A stretch of DNA of 64,000 nucleotides from a virus, in IMG/VR virus record IMGVR_UViG_3300037200_000067, positions 1-64,000 of that record. One strand, written 5' to 3'. Position 1 is the first letter of the stretch. The number at the start of each line of letters is the position of its first letter. The notes beneath the pieces were generated by a model that worked only from the letters and a program-made list of their open reading frames with translations, was not told the origin of the DNA and did not search any database. Of this stretch, positions 16,741 through 26,745 are shown in pieces. A program made the position numbers and the translations under genes.

Positions 16741-19700
16741 CGCAGACAATATCGTCGTCGCGCTCGTCCTCGATGGCGTCGACAAGATCAAGTCTGACCT
16801 TCAGGCGGTCGCATCCGCTGTCAGCACGACTTTCAGCAACGTCCATGAGAGCCTAGCCGGCGTTTCCGAGCAACTTACGGCTGTCTCGACGAATATTCAG
16901 TCGACGGCCCAGACGACTGACGAGGTTTCCAAGCACGTCGAAAGTTCTGGCGATAAAGCCGAGGGCTTCGGCGCGAAGCTGAGCGAGGCCGGCCACAAGG
17001 GCGAGGAGGCGTTCAAAGGCGTCAATGCTGCTGTTCAATCGACGGTCGGCGCACTGAATACCTTGTCTGCGGAAGGGACGCTCAGCGCTCTTGAAGGGCT
17101 CGGCGAAGGCGTCGAAGCGGTCACGAGTCAATTCGGTACGTTCGGGCGCATCCTTGGTCTGACGGCGATCGGAGCCACAACCGTTGGCGTTGCGTTCGGC
17201 GCCGCGACTTACGGGCTTCTGGAATTCGGACGCGCTGGCGGCGAAGCGGCGCAAGAAATCGTCCAACTCGCGCATATGACGGGTTCAAGCGTCGAGCAAA
17301 TCCTCGCGCTTCAGGACACCATGACGAAGGCGGGTATTTCCGCCGGCAACATGGCGCAGATGTTTCGGATCATGTCGATCCGCATTCAGGCGGTGTGGCC
17401 CGACATCGTTCGCGATGCGAGGGACGCGGCTGACAATCTGGCGAAGAACGATCTCGCGATTGCCGCAGCGAGCCAGGGCGTCGTCACGGCGAAGATCAAG
17501 GAAGCCGAATCCGTCGTCAGCGCGGCCGAAGCGTCGCGCAGCGTCCTATCGGCGCAGGACGCTGTCACGGAGGCGACGATCAAGGCGCGTGAAGCGGCGA
17601 TCGATTACGCCGGTTCACAAGACAAATTGGCGCAGGCCGCGATCACGGTGCGGCAGGCGCAATTCGGCGTCATCGACGCCTATCGCGACGTCGAGCACCA
17701 GCAGCAGGACGCCCATTCGGCCGCTACAAGCGTGGCAGAGGCTGAGTACAATCTCTCGCTCGCGCAGGGCGGACGCAAGGACGCGCAACTCGAGAAGACG
17801 TTCAAAATCCAGCATGCCGAGGAGGCGCTCGCGCAGGCGCGCCAGCGCCAGGCTGAGGTGCAAGAGAACGCGCAAAAAAAACAGGCCGCATTCGAGGAAG
17901 CGCAAATCCATCTGCGCGACGCTGAGCGCGCGCGGGACAAGGCGACGCTCGACCAGAAAACCTCACAGCTTCAATATCAGGCCGCCCAACGCGCGCCCGC
18001 GACGGCAGAGGCCAATTATGCGAAGGCGATCCTCGCTGAGGCGACCGCCAATCTCGAGAAGACGGCTGCGATCGATGGCGTCCGCAAGGCGACGATCGAT
18101 CTCACCGACGCGCAGAACAAAGAGCACGACGACTTTGAGCACAGTTCGACGGCCGTCGCCGACCAACTGAACGGCTTCCGCAAAAACATCAACCTCACAC
18201 AGGTCAATTCCGAGACGCTGTTCAAGGCCATGCTCAAAGGCTGGCATGACCAAGCGGGGGCTGCGGCGGATGCGGTGCCGACCGCCATTCAGGGCATCGA
18301 TGCTCTGGCGAAATACTACAAAAAGCTCAGCGCTGAGCAGCGACAGTCTGTCGAGCGCCTAGCGTTTGGGCGCAATGCGACGCCGGAGGAAGACGAGTTT
18401 ATCGCTGAACTGAATAGGCGTGGAGAGTCGCTTGATCAGGCGCTGAAAGACGCGTCACCAGATTTTGCGAAGCAGGCGAGGGACGTCAAGAAAGCCGCTG
18501 ACGCCTACAAAGAACTGAACGCAGCGAGTGGGACGTTCCAATCCGACTTGAATGCCATGCTCCGGCCGATCCAGACCGATTTCATGAAGGGCTTCACGGG
18601 GAGCTTCAAGGAATTCGGCGAGACGCTCAAACTCAATGGTCCAGACATTGAGAAGTTCGGCCACGAGATCGCGGTCAATATTGTTCCCGTTATTCAGAGC
18701 GTGCTCGCACTCCTGACGGGCAACACGCCGAGGATGCCGTTCTTCAAGCACCTGGCGGACGACGTTCAACTCGTCACGGGCCATATCAAGGAGCTTGCCG
18801 AGGTTCTAGCCGCGCTGTTCGCGATCGACCTTGGCGCTGGCCTACTCAAGAAGATCGGGACCATAGGCACTGCGGTATCGGACGCGGCCAAATTGGCCAG
18901 AGAGGCGAATGTCGCTAGGCCCGGAAGTATCCCCGGCCTTCCCGAGGGTCGCATTCCGCCGGTGGTTCCCGTTCCTCCCGTGCCCGCTACAGGCATCGGG
19001 GCGCTTTTGGCGGAGCTTACCGCAGGATTCGTTCGGCTATTGCCGGCCATTTCCCGGTTCGGAATCGCGCTCACGCTTTTGGACCTTGGGATTCGCGGTG
19101 CAGTAACCGCTGACAAAAACACCGGCGCGCTCGCTGAGGAAAACCGCGCGCGCCAGCGCATTGACACTGAGGCGGCAAGCGCGGGCCAAGAACTTGCGGC
19201 CGCGAAGTCTGGATATGACCCGAAAGAGATTGCCAAACGTGAGGCATTGATCGCCGCTCATCCGGAACGGGCTCACGATCAGACCGACCGCGAGAATTTC
19301 CCAGACGTCGTGCGCGCGGAGGAACGCCTCGCGGAAGTCGCGCGCGCGCGGGCTGCGTCGGAAGCGCGCGTCAAAGCGATCAACGATCGCATCACAGGCC
19401 CCGCCCGCGTTGCTGAAGCCGTCGCCAAGCGAGCCGACGAAGAGAAAACGGGCGCTGCGTTGCTCAAAGGCGCGATGACGCCGCGTGAGGAAACGCCTGC
19501 CGAGGCTCCTGGGCCAGACAAAACCTATGGTGCGCTGACGGAAGGACTCGCATCGACACATGGCAGCGCGCCCGGCGCGCCACCGCCTACGGTCGTTCAG
19601 CCAAAGCCGGAAGACGTCACGGCGGGCCATCGCCAGTTCCAGATCATGCGCGGCGGCCAGATCACAACCTATGACGCCGTCACAGGCAAAGAAGTTAGCC

Positions 19701-22246
19701 ACGCAGGGACCGCGTCGACGGCGCCAGAAAGCCCACAGGCCCTTCTCGACGAAGCAAAGCACGCGCCAACGGCGACAGAGATCAGCCGCCAGCACGAAGC
19801 CGCGCCGGCGCCGCCCGGCACGCATCAGGTCCAGATCGTCCGTAACGGCCAACTGGAGACGATCAACGTCGAGGGACCGACGCCTCCCGCGCCAGCCGCG
19901 CGCGCGCCACAGGCCAGCGTCGGCGATCAGGGCGACGTTGGACCCGCTGGTCCGCCCGGCGCGGTGACGCCAGCCAGCGCCCCGCCGCCGCCGTCCCATC
20001 GCGTCATTGAGGTCAACCGTGGCGGCAAGATTGTCGCGGTAGACGCCGATACGGGCGCGCCAGTCAGCGCCGCCCCCGCACAATCCATCATCCCGGCAGC
20101 AATCACCGCGCCAGCATCCGTCTCCCCACCAGGACGACCCGAACAACTGGAAAAATCGGCGACGGCTCAACGCCAGGCGACGGCCTCATCCGAAGCCTCT
20201 GTGTCGTCGTCGTCAGCGGTCGAGCGCAGCACCGATCGCATCGCGACGAACACCGATCGCGTCGTCACGGCGGTTGAGCGCGCCACGGTCGAGAAGATCG
20301 CGCCGGCGCCCGGAACCGCGCCCCTCGGCAGCAGGCTGGAAACCGGCCAAGGCGCTGCGCCTGCCGGGCTGATCGAAGGGCGCATATCCGCCGCCGAGGC
20401 TTCGCTCCCCGCGCCGAAGGCAGCGGACGCGCTCGCGCAGATCGCGACCATCGCCGCCGAGCGGCAACCCGCCGCGCCGATCGTCCAGCCGAGCGCGGCC
20501 GTTGCGTCGCCCGCCGCAGCATCGGCCCGCATCGAACATATCGTCGTCGCGGCTGATCGGCTTGGCATCGCGTCGACTTCACTGACGACGGCATCCACGG
20601 CGATCACGAGCGCGGAGACGAAGGAAAGCGACGCGGCGACGGGCCTCAAGTCCACGGTCGGTAATTTCGCCGCCTCCATCAGTGCATTCAGCACCGCGGT
20701 CGTCGCGCTGCGAACTGCGGCCGACAAGCTCGCTGGCGGAAAGAAGGGCGACGAAGGCGCTCCCAAGGACGACGGGACGGCGGCGGCGTCCGGCGGCGGC
20801 GGGAGCGGAGGATCAGGTGGCGCGGGCGGCGGTGGCGCCGCTCCTAGCGGCGGTGGCGAAGGCGTCGACACGGGCGTTCCAGTTTCCAATGTCGTCCCTG
20901 CCGTCGCGAGGCCGACGACCGCGCCTCCGTCAGTTGCGACGCCCACGGCGGCGCCGGCTACTGCCGCCGCGCAGGACGGCGGGGCGCTCCAGCCGCGCGT
21001 GACGCTTGAGGGCCGCGCGGCGCCCACGAGCGCATCAGGCGCGCCAGCGGCGAGCGGCGGGACGCCCGCTACTGTGAGCCAGCCGGGAGCATCTGCGGCT
21101 CAAACGGGAGCCTTTGCGCCTTCACTTGGAGCTTCTGGCGGCGAAAGTGGGGCTGGCGGCGAGGCGAGCGCGATCGCGGTCGGCGGAGCAGGGCTCGGCG
21201 GCGTCTCCACAATGGCGACGCCGGGGTCCGGGGTTCTGCCACCGGCTGGTGCGCCTATTCCAGATTTCCTGAAGCAACTCTCACCAGAGGACTATGAGCG
21301 CGATCCGACAGGCCGCACCGTGCCAAGCTATCCGTTCCGAGAGGGTCAAACGCCCTATCAGATCAACACCGTGCTTGGGGGCGCGCCAATGTCGTATCTT
21401 GGCGAAAATATGGACGCGGCGATCGACAAGGGCGAAGCGATCGCGGAAAAGAAATTGCAGCAGGAATACAAGCGCGACCCGTTCAAGTTTCAACAGGACT
21501 CCGAAAAGCCGCCAAAGCCTAATCCCATCTTCCCGTCGCCTTTCGCGGATCAGACCTACGCCCAACGCGTCAAGGGGACGATGCACGACGAAGACGGAAA
21601 CCAGATTGCGGTCGACAGGGAGCTTCCGCCCGACTATTCGATCAACACGCAACCCGGCGCGCAGCCGGTCGGCTTCACGCCAAGCGAAGGTTACGGCTAC
21701 GCCGGCAACAGCGGCGACACTGTCGACCCTGGCTTTGCGACTGGCGGCCACATTCAGGGTCCGGGTTCGACGACGTCCGACAGCATCCCGATCATGGCGT
21801 CGCACAATGAATTCGTCATGCAGTCGAAGGCGACCGAACATTGGGGCGTCGACTTCATGCACGCGATCAACGAAGGCCGCATTCCGGCGATGTTCAATGG
21901 CGGCATTCTCGGTGATCGCGATGCTGGCGCGGCGGCGCTTCCGTTCAGCAGCATGTTCGCACCACCGCGCGAGGAAGGCGCGTCCTTCAAGGGGTTCGCT
22001 ATGGGCGGCGTGATCGACGGCTTCGCGGCGGCGTTCTCGCATCCTCTCATTCCCGATGCGCCAAAATTCGCGGGCGGCGGATCGGTCCCGAGCGGTTCGT
22101 CCATGCGGCCCTTGACGCTGGTCATTGGCGATCAGAAATTCGGTGGCCTGATGGCGCCCGAAAAAACGGCTGGAGACATGACCAAATTCGCGATCAACCA
22201 GCAATTGACCTCGACCAGCCGCAACTCGCCAAGTTGGAGGCGCTGA
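16733..22246 (+). CDS. Tape measure protein with a long Pro/Ala/Gly-rich insert
   Basis: 1837 aa with an Ala-rich helical N-terminal half. C-terminal FATGGHIQGPGSTTSDSIPIMASHNEFVM motif typical of siphovirus tape measures. Confidence 0.88.
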   Translation: MADADNIVVALVLDGVDKIKSDLQAVASAVSTTFSNVHESLAGVSEQLTAVSTNIQSTAQTTDEVSKHVESSGDKAEGFGAKLSEAGHKGEEAFKGVNAAVQSTVGALNTLSAEGTLSALEGLGEGVEAVTSQFGTFGRILGLTAIGATTVGVAFGAATYGLLEFGRAGGEAAQEIVQLAHMTGSSVEQILALQDTMTKAGISAGNMAQMFRIMSIRIQAVWPDIVRDARDAADNLAKNDLAIAAASQGVVTAKIKEAESVVSAAEASRSVLSAQDAVTEATIKAREAAIDYAGSQDKLAQAAITVRQAQFGVIDAYRDVEHQQQDAHSAATSVAEAEYNLSLAQGGRKDAQLEKTFKIQHAEEALAQARQRQAEVQENAQKKQAAFEEAQIHLRDAERARDKATLDQKTSQLQYQAAQRAPATAEANYAKAILAEATANLEKTAAIDGVRKATIDLTDAQNKEHDDFEHSSTAVADQLNGFRKNINLTQVNSETLFKAMLKGWHDQAGAAADAVPTAIQGIDALAKYYKKLSAEQRQSVERLAFGRNATPEEDEFIAELNRRGESLDQALKDASPDFAKQARDVKKAADAYKELNAASGTFQSDLNAMLRPIQTDFMKGFTGSFKEFGETLKLNGPDIEKFGHEIAVNIVPVIQSVLALLTGNTPRMPFFKHLADDVQLVTGHIKELAEVLAALFAIDLGAGLLKKIGTIGTAVSDAAKLAREANVARPGSIPGLPEGRIPPVVPVPPVPATGIGALLAELTAGFVRLLPAISRFGIALTLLDLGIRGAVTADKNTGALAEENRARQRIDTEAASAGQELAAAKSGYDPKEIAKREALIAAHPERAHDQTDRENFPDVVRAEERLAEVARARAASEARVKAINDRITGPARVAEAVAKRADEEKTGAALLKGAMTPREETPAEAPGPDKTYGALTEGLASTHGSAPGAPPPTVVQPKPEDVTAGHRQFQIMRGGQITTYDAVTGKEVSHAGTASTAPESPQALLDEAKHAPTATEISRQHEAAPAPPGTHQVQIVRNGQLETINVEGPTPPAPAARAPQASVGDQGDVGPAGPPGAVTPASAPPPPSHRVIEVNRGGKIVAVDADTGAPVSAAPAQSIIPAAITAPASVSPPGRPEQLEKSATAQRQATASSEASVSSSSAVERSTDRIATNTDRVVTAVERATVEKIAPAPGTAPLGSRLETGQGAAPAGLIEGRISAAEASLPAPKAADALAQIATIAAERQPAAPIVQPSAAVASPAAASARIEHIVVAADRLGIASTSLTTASTAITSAETKESDAATGLKSTVGNFAASISAFSTAVVALRTAADKLAGGKKGDEGAPKDDGTAAASGGGGSGGSGGAGGGGAAPSGGGEGVDTGVPVSNVVPAVARPTTAPPSVATPTAAPATAAAQDGGALQPRVTLEGRAAPTSASGAPAASGGTPATVSQPGASAAQTGAFAPSLGASGGESGAGGEASAIAVGGAGLGGVSTMATPGSGVLPPAGAPIPDFLKQLSPEDYERDPTGRTVPSYPFREGQTPYQINTVLGGAPMSYLGENMDAAIDKGEAIAEKKLQQEYKRDPFKFQQDSEKPPKPNPIFPSPFADQTYAQRVKGTMHDEDGNQIAVDRELPPDYSINTQPGAQPVGFTPSEGYGYAGNSGDTVDPGFATGGHIQGPGSTTSDSIPIMASHNEFVMQSKATEHWGVDFMHAINEGRIPAMFNGGILGDRDAGAAALPFSSMFAPPREEGASFKGFAMGGVIDGFAAAFSHPLIPDAPKFAGGGSVPSGSSMRPLTLVIGDQKFGGLMAPEKTAGDMTKFAINQQLTSTSRNSPSWRR

Positions 22247-22250
22247 TCTA

Positions 22251-22724
22251 ATGGCAGGCCCGACGCTTCTCACGATCACGCCGCTATCCGGATCGTCGGC
22301 ATTCACGCTGACGCCCTATTCGGCGCGCGGGCTGACACAAACTCTGGAGCCGATCAGCAGCACGGGCGCATCGGGCGGCAATGCCATGGGGACGTGGCTG
22401 AAGCGCGACATCAACGGCAACCTCGTCAATCTTGCCTATCCGCAGTTCCAGAAATACGCCTCGACGATCACTTGCCGGGACACGGAGACGCCATCTTTTG
22501 ATGACGCATGGATTGGAGCGACGGTCCAGGTCGATTGCGCGTGCGAACTCAACTATCTGACGGGCGGTTCGCCAGCGCGGCCGCCCGTATCGGGTTCGGA
22601 GAGGACGGAGGGCGATTATACTTTCTATCGTCCATCATTGACTATGATGGTCGCCGAGATCAAAAATTCGTTCGCGGAATGGGAAGCCGAGTATGCTTGG
22701 CAGCTTTCACTTTTTGAAGTCTGA
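22251..22724 (+). CDS. Distal tail protein (Dit-like)
   Basis: Directly after the tape measure; PYSARGLTQTLEPI...RD.NG.L..L..PQF.KY.S.I.C.D. Confidence 0.65.
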   Translation: MAGPTLLTITPLSGSSAFTLTPYSARGLTQTLEPISSTGASGGNAMGTWLKRDINGNLVNLAYPQFQKYASTITCRDTETPSFDDAWIGATVQVDCACELNYLTGGSPARPPVSGSERTEGDYTFYRPSLTMMVAEIKNSFAEWEAEYAWQLSLFEV

Positions 22725-22730
22725 GGCGAC

Positions 22731-25538
22731 GTGAGCAACCCGGTCAATCAGTGGTATTGGGCATGGGTAGACCCGACTGACACGACGTTCAGCAGCGCGT
22801 TCTATCGCTACGATGAGCAAGTCCTATCTTTCACGCGAGATCACCAAGAGGGCGCAAAGCCCGAACTATCGGTGGTCATCAAAAATCCTGGGATTGGCCT
22901 TCTATCTCCGACGCGCAAGCAATGGGCGTGGCTTTCGTGGAACAATAACGGCACGGTGACGCCGCTGTTTTTCGGCCAATTGGTGGGAATTCCGGACAAC
23001 CTTTTCCAGAAGATGCTCACGCTGAAATTGATCGCTAGATCCCTGACGTACATCGCTGACAAACAGCTTGCGGCCGAGCCGCTGAAGGTCTCGCCCTATT
23101 ATGACGAGGTGTTCATCGACCTGACCAAAAGGGACGATCCCGATACTGTCCTCGAAGGCTATTCCGCACTGTACCACGTCGATCCCGTCACGCTTCAAAC
23201 GACGGTTTCCGATGTCTTGATCGGTGAGGACGGCACGGCCGTCTTTCAGCAGTCAGACGCCTTTTTCGACAGCGTCCAAATGAAAATCGGCTCCCAGCCG
23301 CTTACCGCGGTCGCCGTCGATGCGACTGTGACGTGGACGCAGGAGTCTATCGGATACGTCGATTTTGGGCAGAACGTATTTTACAGCTATTCCGGTGATG
23401 GCTTCATTTCTGACTGGCCCAAGCCAGGCGCTGGCCTTGGCGCGGGATGGTCATGCTTCACGAGCCTTGCCACCGATACGTGGGGCGTCAGCAAGGTCAT
23501 GACGGCGTCCTATTCCTACAGCTTTCAGAACCAGAACAAGCATCCGCAGGACGGCGACACGATGAGCGTGTCGACCAGCGTCACGCAGCCGATCTTCAAC
23601 AATCCAGGCGTGTCTGACTTTTCGGTTGCGACCGGCTATCCGAACCTCGCGCCCTATCAATCTGGCGTGATCCGAAGCCTGATCACCATCGGCCTGCAAG
23701 ACCCGTTCGCGATCGACCCTGACACCCAGCAGCCGGCGCCCGTCAATATTCCGGCCTCCGCATTCGTCACGACGAACTATGTGCCGATGTGGCAGATCAA
23801 CGCATCGCTGGTCATGCGCTATGACGCCAAGCGGCCTCGATCTGAGCGTCTGACGTTCCTTTTGCAGGCCGAGACGCAGCCAGTTCTCGTCAACCCGACC
23901 GTCGCGCAGGACAGCGAACTGATCAAAAAGACTGGCGACGTCGGCGCGCCGATCTACAACCTGCTGAACTGGACGTCGCTCGCCAACTCGGCGGTGTCGG
24001 TCGGGCAGCTTTGCTTTCCGAATAATCCGAACTTTCCCGGCCAGCAGTCGACGCAGATTTGCATCACGGCCGGTATCGCCGGTTCGACAGAGCCGGCGTT
24101 TTCAGCGGTCGCCGGCATTGAGACGGTCGACAACACCGTCGTCTGGGAAAGCCTCGGCGATACGCCGCCGCCGACCACCGCGCCCGATTGGGCCAAGGAA
24201 ACCAATACGCCGCCCGGCGATCTACTGATTCCACGGCCGCCGCTCTATACCGAGTACGCCGACCTGCTGATCCCCGGCCAGTCGCAGCTCGTGCCGGTCG
24301 CGACTTCGATTTCTTACGGCCAGGTCATTCAGACGCCGGACGGCGGCTTTCAGATTTGCAACCTGTCTGGCCTCACGGCGGTCTGGCCGATCGGCTCCTA
24401 TCCCGCTTTCAGCGACGTGTGGGGAACCGCAACTGAAGACGGGACCGTTCAGTGGATCAGCCTCGGCGATACGCTACCGAGCGGCGCCATCAGCTACATC
24501 GCAATCTCAGGCGGGGAGACGGGCCTCTACCTGCCATCGTTCGACCCGACGACTGGCGCTCAAACCTCGGACGGTTCCGTCGTCTGGCAGAGCTTGGGGC
24601 CGGTCGACATCCCGGCTGGCGGCTATCCTGGCAACATCACGGCACGGAGCTATTTTCCGACCGAGCGCGGCCTCCAAAGCGTCGAATATTTGCTTGCGCT
24701 GGCAAGAGCGCGGCTGCGCTATCGATCGCGTGCGATCACCGTCTCCTGGGACTGCCGCTTTGAACTGGCGATGTCGCTCACCTGCCGATGGAACGCGCTG
24801 CTCTACGATTTCCGCCTTCCGGGCGGGCAGGCGGCAGGCAAAATAACGCGGGTCACTATCAAATGCGATGGCGACGGCGAATTGCTCGGATCAGTCACCA
24901 TCGGAGCCAGCGTCGGCTATGGCGACGTGATCACCACGAGTCCCGGCGAGCCTACTTATGTGGACGAAGACTACGTCGGCGCCGACTATCAGATATTCAC
25001 AGGCGTCACCGTCAGCATCGACGCGCACGAAAATGACGTCGGCTACACGCCTCCGAATGCCGATCCTGATCTTTGGGATGATGGTCTCCAGTTCCCGCTC
25101 AGTGTTCAGCAAGTCTGCACCTTCGCCGCCGTGCATGGCTCGGGCCTCGTCGTGCCGCTCGGCTATAGCGCGGCATTCCCCTCACAGAACACGATATCGG
25201 ATGGACAGTGGAGCGATCTCTTGGCCGACCAGGTCGGGACGGCTTCGACGGGCGGCATCCGAAGATCATTCGCCGCCGCCGCCGCGATCTACAGCACGCC
25301 GCTGACAGGCCAGTACAACTATAACCTCGCGCCAGCCGATGTCGCGCAGTCCTTGCAGCTTCAAGAGCGCCAGCTTAACGCCCAGGCGTATTCAGCCTCG
25401 ATCGAGTTGCAGGCGAACCCGGTGTGGTATGATCTCCAGATCAAGCCTGTCACGAATGGTCCTTTCGCGGCGGAGTACGGCCTGACGGTGACTGAGCTTA
25501 CGGTTCCGAAGACGATTGACCTGGAGGCGCATGCATGA
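22731..25538 (+). CDS. Tail tip / baseplate hub protein with three internal DG(T/S)VxW repeats
   Basis: 935 aa, in the hub position after Dit; repeats DNTVVWESLG, DGTVQWISLG, DGSVVWQSLG. Confidence 0.7.
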   Translation: MSNPVNQWYWAWVDPTDTTFSSAFYRYDEQVLSFTRDHQEGAKPELSVVIKNPGIGLLSPTRKQWAWLSWNNNGTVTPLFFGQLVGIPDNLFQKMLTLKLIARSLTYIADKQLAAEPLKVSPYYDEVFIDLTKRDDPDTVLEGYSALYHVDPVTLQTTVSDVLIGEDGTAVFQQSDAFFDSVQMKIGSQPLTAVAVDATVTWTQESIGYVDFGQNVFYSYSGDGFISDWPKPGAGLGAGWSCFTSLATDTWGVSKVMTASYSYSFQNQNKHPQDGDTMSVSTSVTQPIFNNPGVSDFSVATGYPNLAPYQSGVIRSLITIGLQDPFAIDPDTQQPAPVNIPASAFVTTNYVPMWQINASLVMRYDAKRPRSERLTFLLQAETQPVLVNPTVAQDSELIKKTGDVGAPIYNLLNWTSLANSAVSVGQLCFPNNPNFPGQQSTQICITAGIAGSTEPAFSAVAGIETVDNTVVWESLGDTPPPTTAPDWAKETNTPPGDLLIPRPPLYTEYADLLIPGQSQLVPVATSISYGQVIQTPDGGFQICNLSGLTAVWPIGSYPAFSDVWGTATEDGTVQWISLGDTLPSGAISYIAISGGETGLYLPSFDPTTGAQTSDGSVVWQSLGPVDIPAGGYPGNITARSYFPTERGLQSVEYLLALARARLRYRSRAITVSWDCRFELAMSLTCRWNALLYDFRLPGGQAAGKITRVTIKCDGDGELLGSVTIGASVGYGDVITTSPGEPTYVDEDYVGADYQIFTGVTVSIDAHENDVGYTPPNADPDLWDDGLQFPLSVQQVCTFAAVHGSGLVVPLGYSAAFPSQNTISDGQWSDLLADQVGTASTGGIRRSFAAAAAIYSTPLTGQYNYNLAPADVAQSLQLQERQLNAQAYSASIELQANPVWYDLQIKPVTNGPFAAEYGLTVTELTVPKTIDLEAHA

Positions 25539-25813
25539 GCGCGGTTGAGAGCATTGTCCGTCCGTTCCAGACGACGACGGACCCGACGAGCGTCGTGGCG
25601 GCGAATCAGGTCGGCGTGCCCATCCTGCTACTCACCTTCGGCCGCTCTGGCAGCGGCGTCTCATTCACAGGGACGTTCAATCAGACGGTGACGTACTATC
25701 AGGACAAGGTCACGGTCGAGCAGTCGAACCTCGACTTCAGCCCGGAAATGCAAATGTGGGCTGAGATCGCGGCGAGCCTGAATAATCTCAGCGGCAACCC
25801 GAACCCGGACTAG
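25535..25813 (+). CDS. Minor tail protein
   Basis: ATGA overlap; ESIVRPFQT N-terminus. Confidence 0.55.
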   Translation: MSAVESIVRPFQTTTDPTSVVAANQVGVPILLLTFGRSGSGVSFTGTFNQTVTYYQDKVTVEQSNLDFSPEMQMWAEIAASLNNLSGNPNPD

Positions 25814-25816
25814 CGC

Positions 25817-26461
25817 ATGCCATCCATCGATCCGAACTCGATCCGGTCGCACGTCAAGCGGATCATCAACGGCGCGAACAATGATCCTGTCACGGGACTT
25901 CCGCTCTGCTACGTCGACGTCGAGCGGATTGATTATTTCGTCGTCATCGACAATGGGCAGCGCACAGGCGTCGTCCTCCAATGGGGCGACGACGGCAACA
26001 CGACGGGAGCGTCGAGCAACCAGAGCCGGAAAATGGTCAACCTGCGCACGAACTCCAATCTGGACAATGGCGGTGATGCAGATCAGGTGGTCTTTGTCGA
26101 CATTCCAGTGATTGCGTCGTGGACGTATGCTCCTGAGGGGGGGCCGCAAAGGATCACCGAGGTGTTCCAGAACGGCCCGCACAACGACAATAGGGTCGAC
26201 AATCTCGTCATCATGAACCCCTGGGTTATGCGGCCAGATGTCGAGGCGGCGCTGAATGCCGGGAAAAATGTGGATGGTCGTGTCTACGGGCCGTTCACAC
26301 CTGAAAATTTCGATACTGGTCCACGCGAAATATTTTCTAATGGCGTCCCCTCGTGGCTTTGGCCCGTGTTTTATGTTACGCACGACGACAACCAGATGCT
26401 GGGGCACCTGATTCCGCAGACGTACCTACAGAGCATCCGGCCGCTCGGAACCGGCGATTAA
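25817..26461 (+). CDS. Putative minor tail protein
   Basis: Operon position. Confidence 0.55.
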   Translation: MPSIDPNSIRSHVKRIINGANNDPVTGLPLCYVDVERIDYFVVIDNGQRTGVVLQWGDDGNTTGASSNQSRKMVNLRTNSNLDNGGDADQVVFVDIPVIASWTYAPEGGPQRITEVFQNGPHNDNRVDNLVIMNPWVMRPDVEAALNAGKNVDGRVYGPFTPENFDTGPREIFSNGVPSWLWPVFYVTHDDNQMLGHLIPQTYLQSIRPLGTGD

Positions 26462-26472
26462 CAGGAGAAGAA

Positions 26473-26733
26473 ATGGCGACTAGACCGACGCCGGTGCCCC
26501 ATGCCAAGCCCGCGCCGAAGGCGACCAAGTCCACGACGCCTGAAACCGATTCGATCATGGCCTCTCAGAAGGCCGCGCTGACCGCCATCCTCGCCAAGAC
26601 CGCGCCGCAGACCGACCCGCTGCGCGCGCAGATCACGGCTTTGCAGGCCCAGATCGACACGATCGAGGGGCCGGACGTGAAGTCCGCGCGCAAACATCTC
26701 GCGATCCTGAATAACCTCTCCGCGTCGAACTGA
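26473..26733 (+). CDS. Small coiled-coil protein
   Basis: ATG after ACAGGAG; LRAQITALQAQIDTI heptads. Confidence 0.6.
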   Translation: MATRPTPVPHAKPAPKATKSTTPETDSIMASQKAALTAILAKTAPQTDPLRAQITALQAQIDTIEGPDVKSARKHLAILNNLSASN

Positions 26734-26745
26734 GGCCCTGATCGC

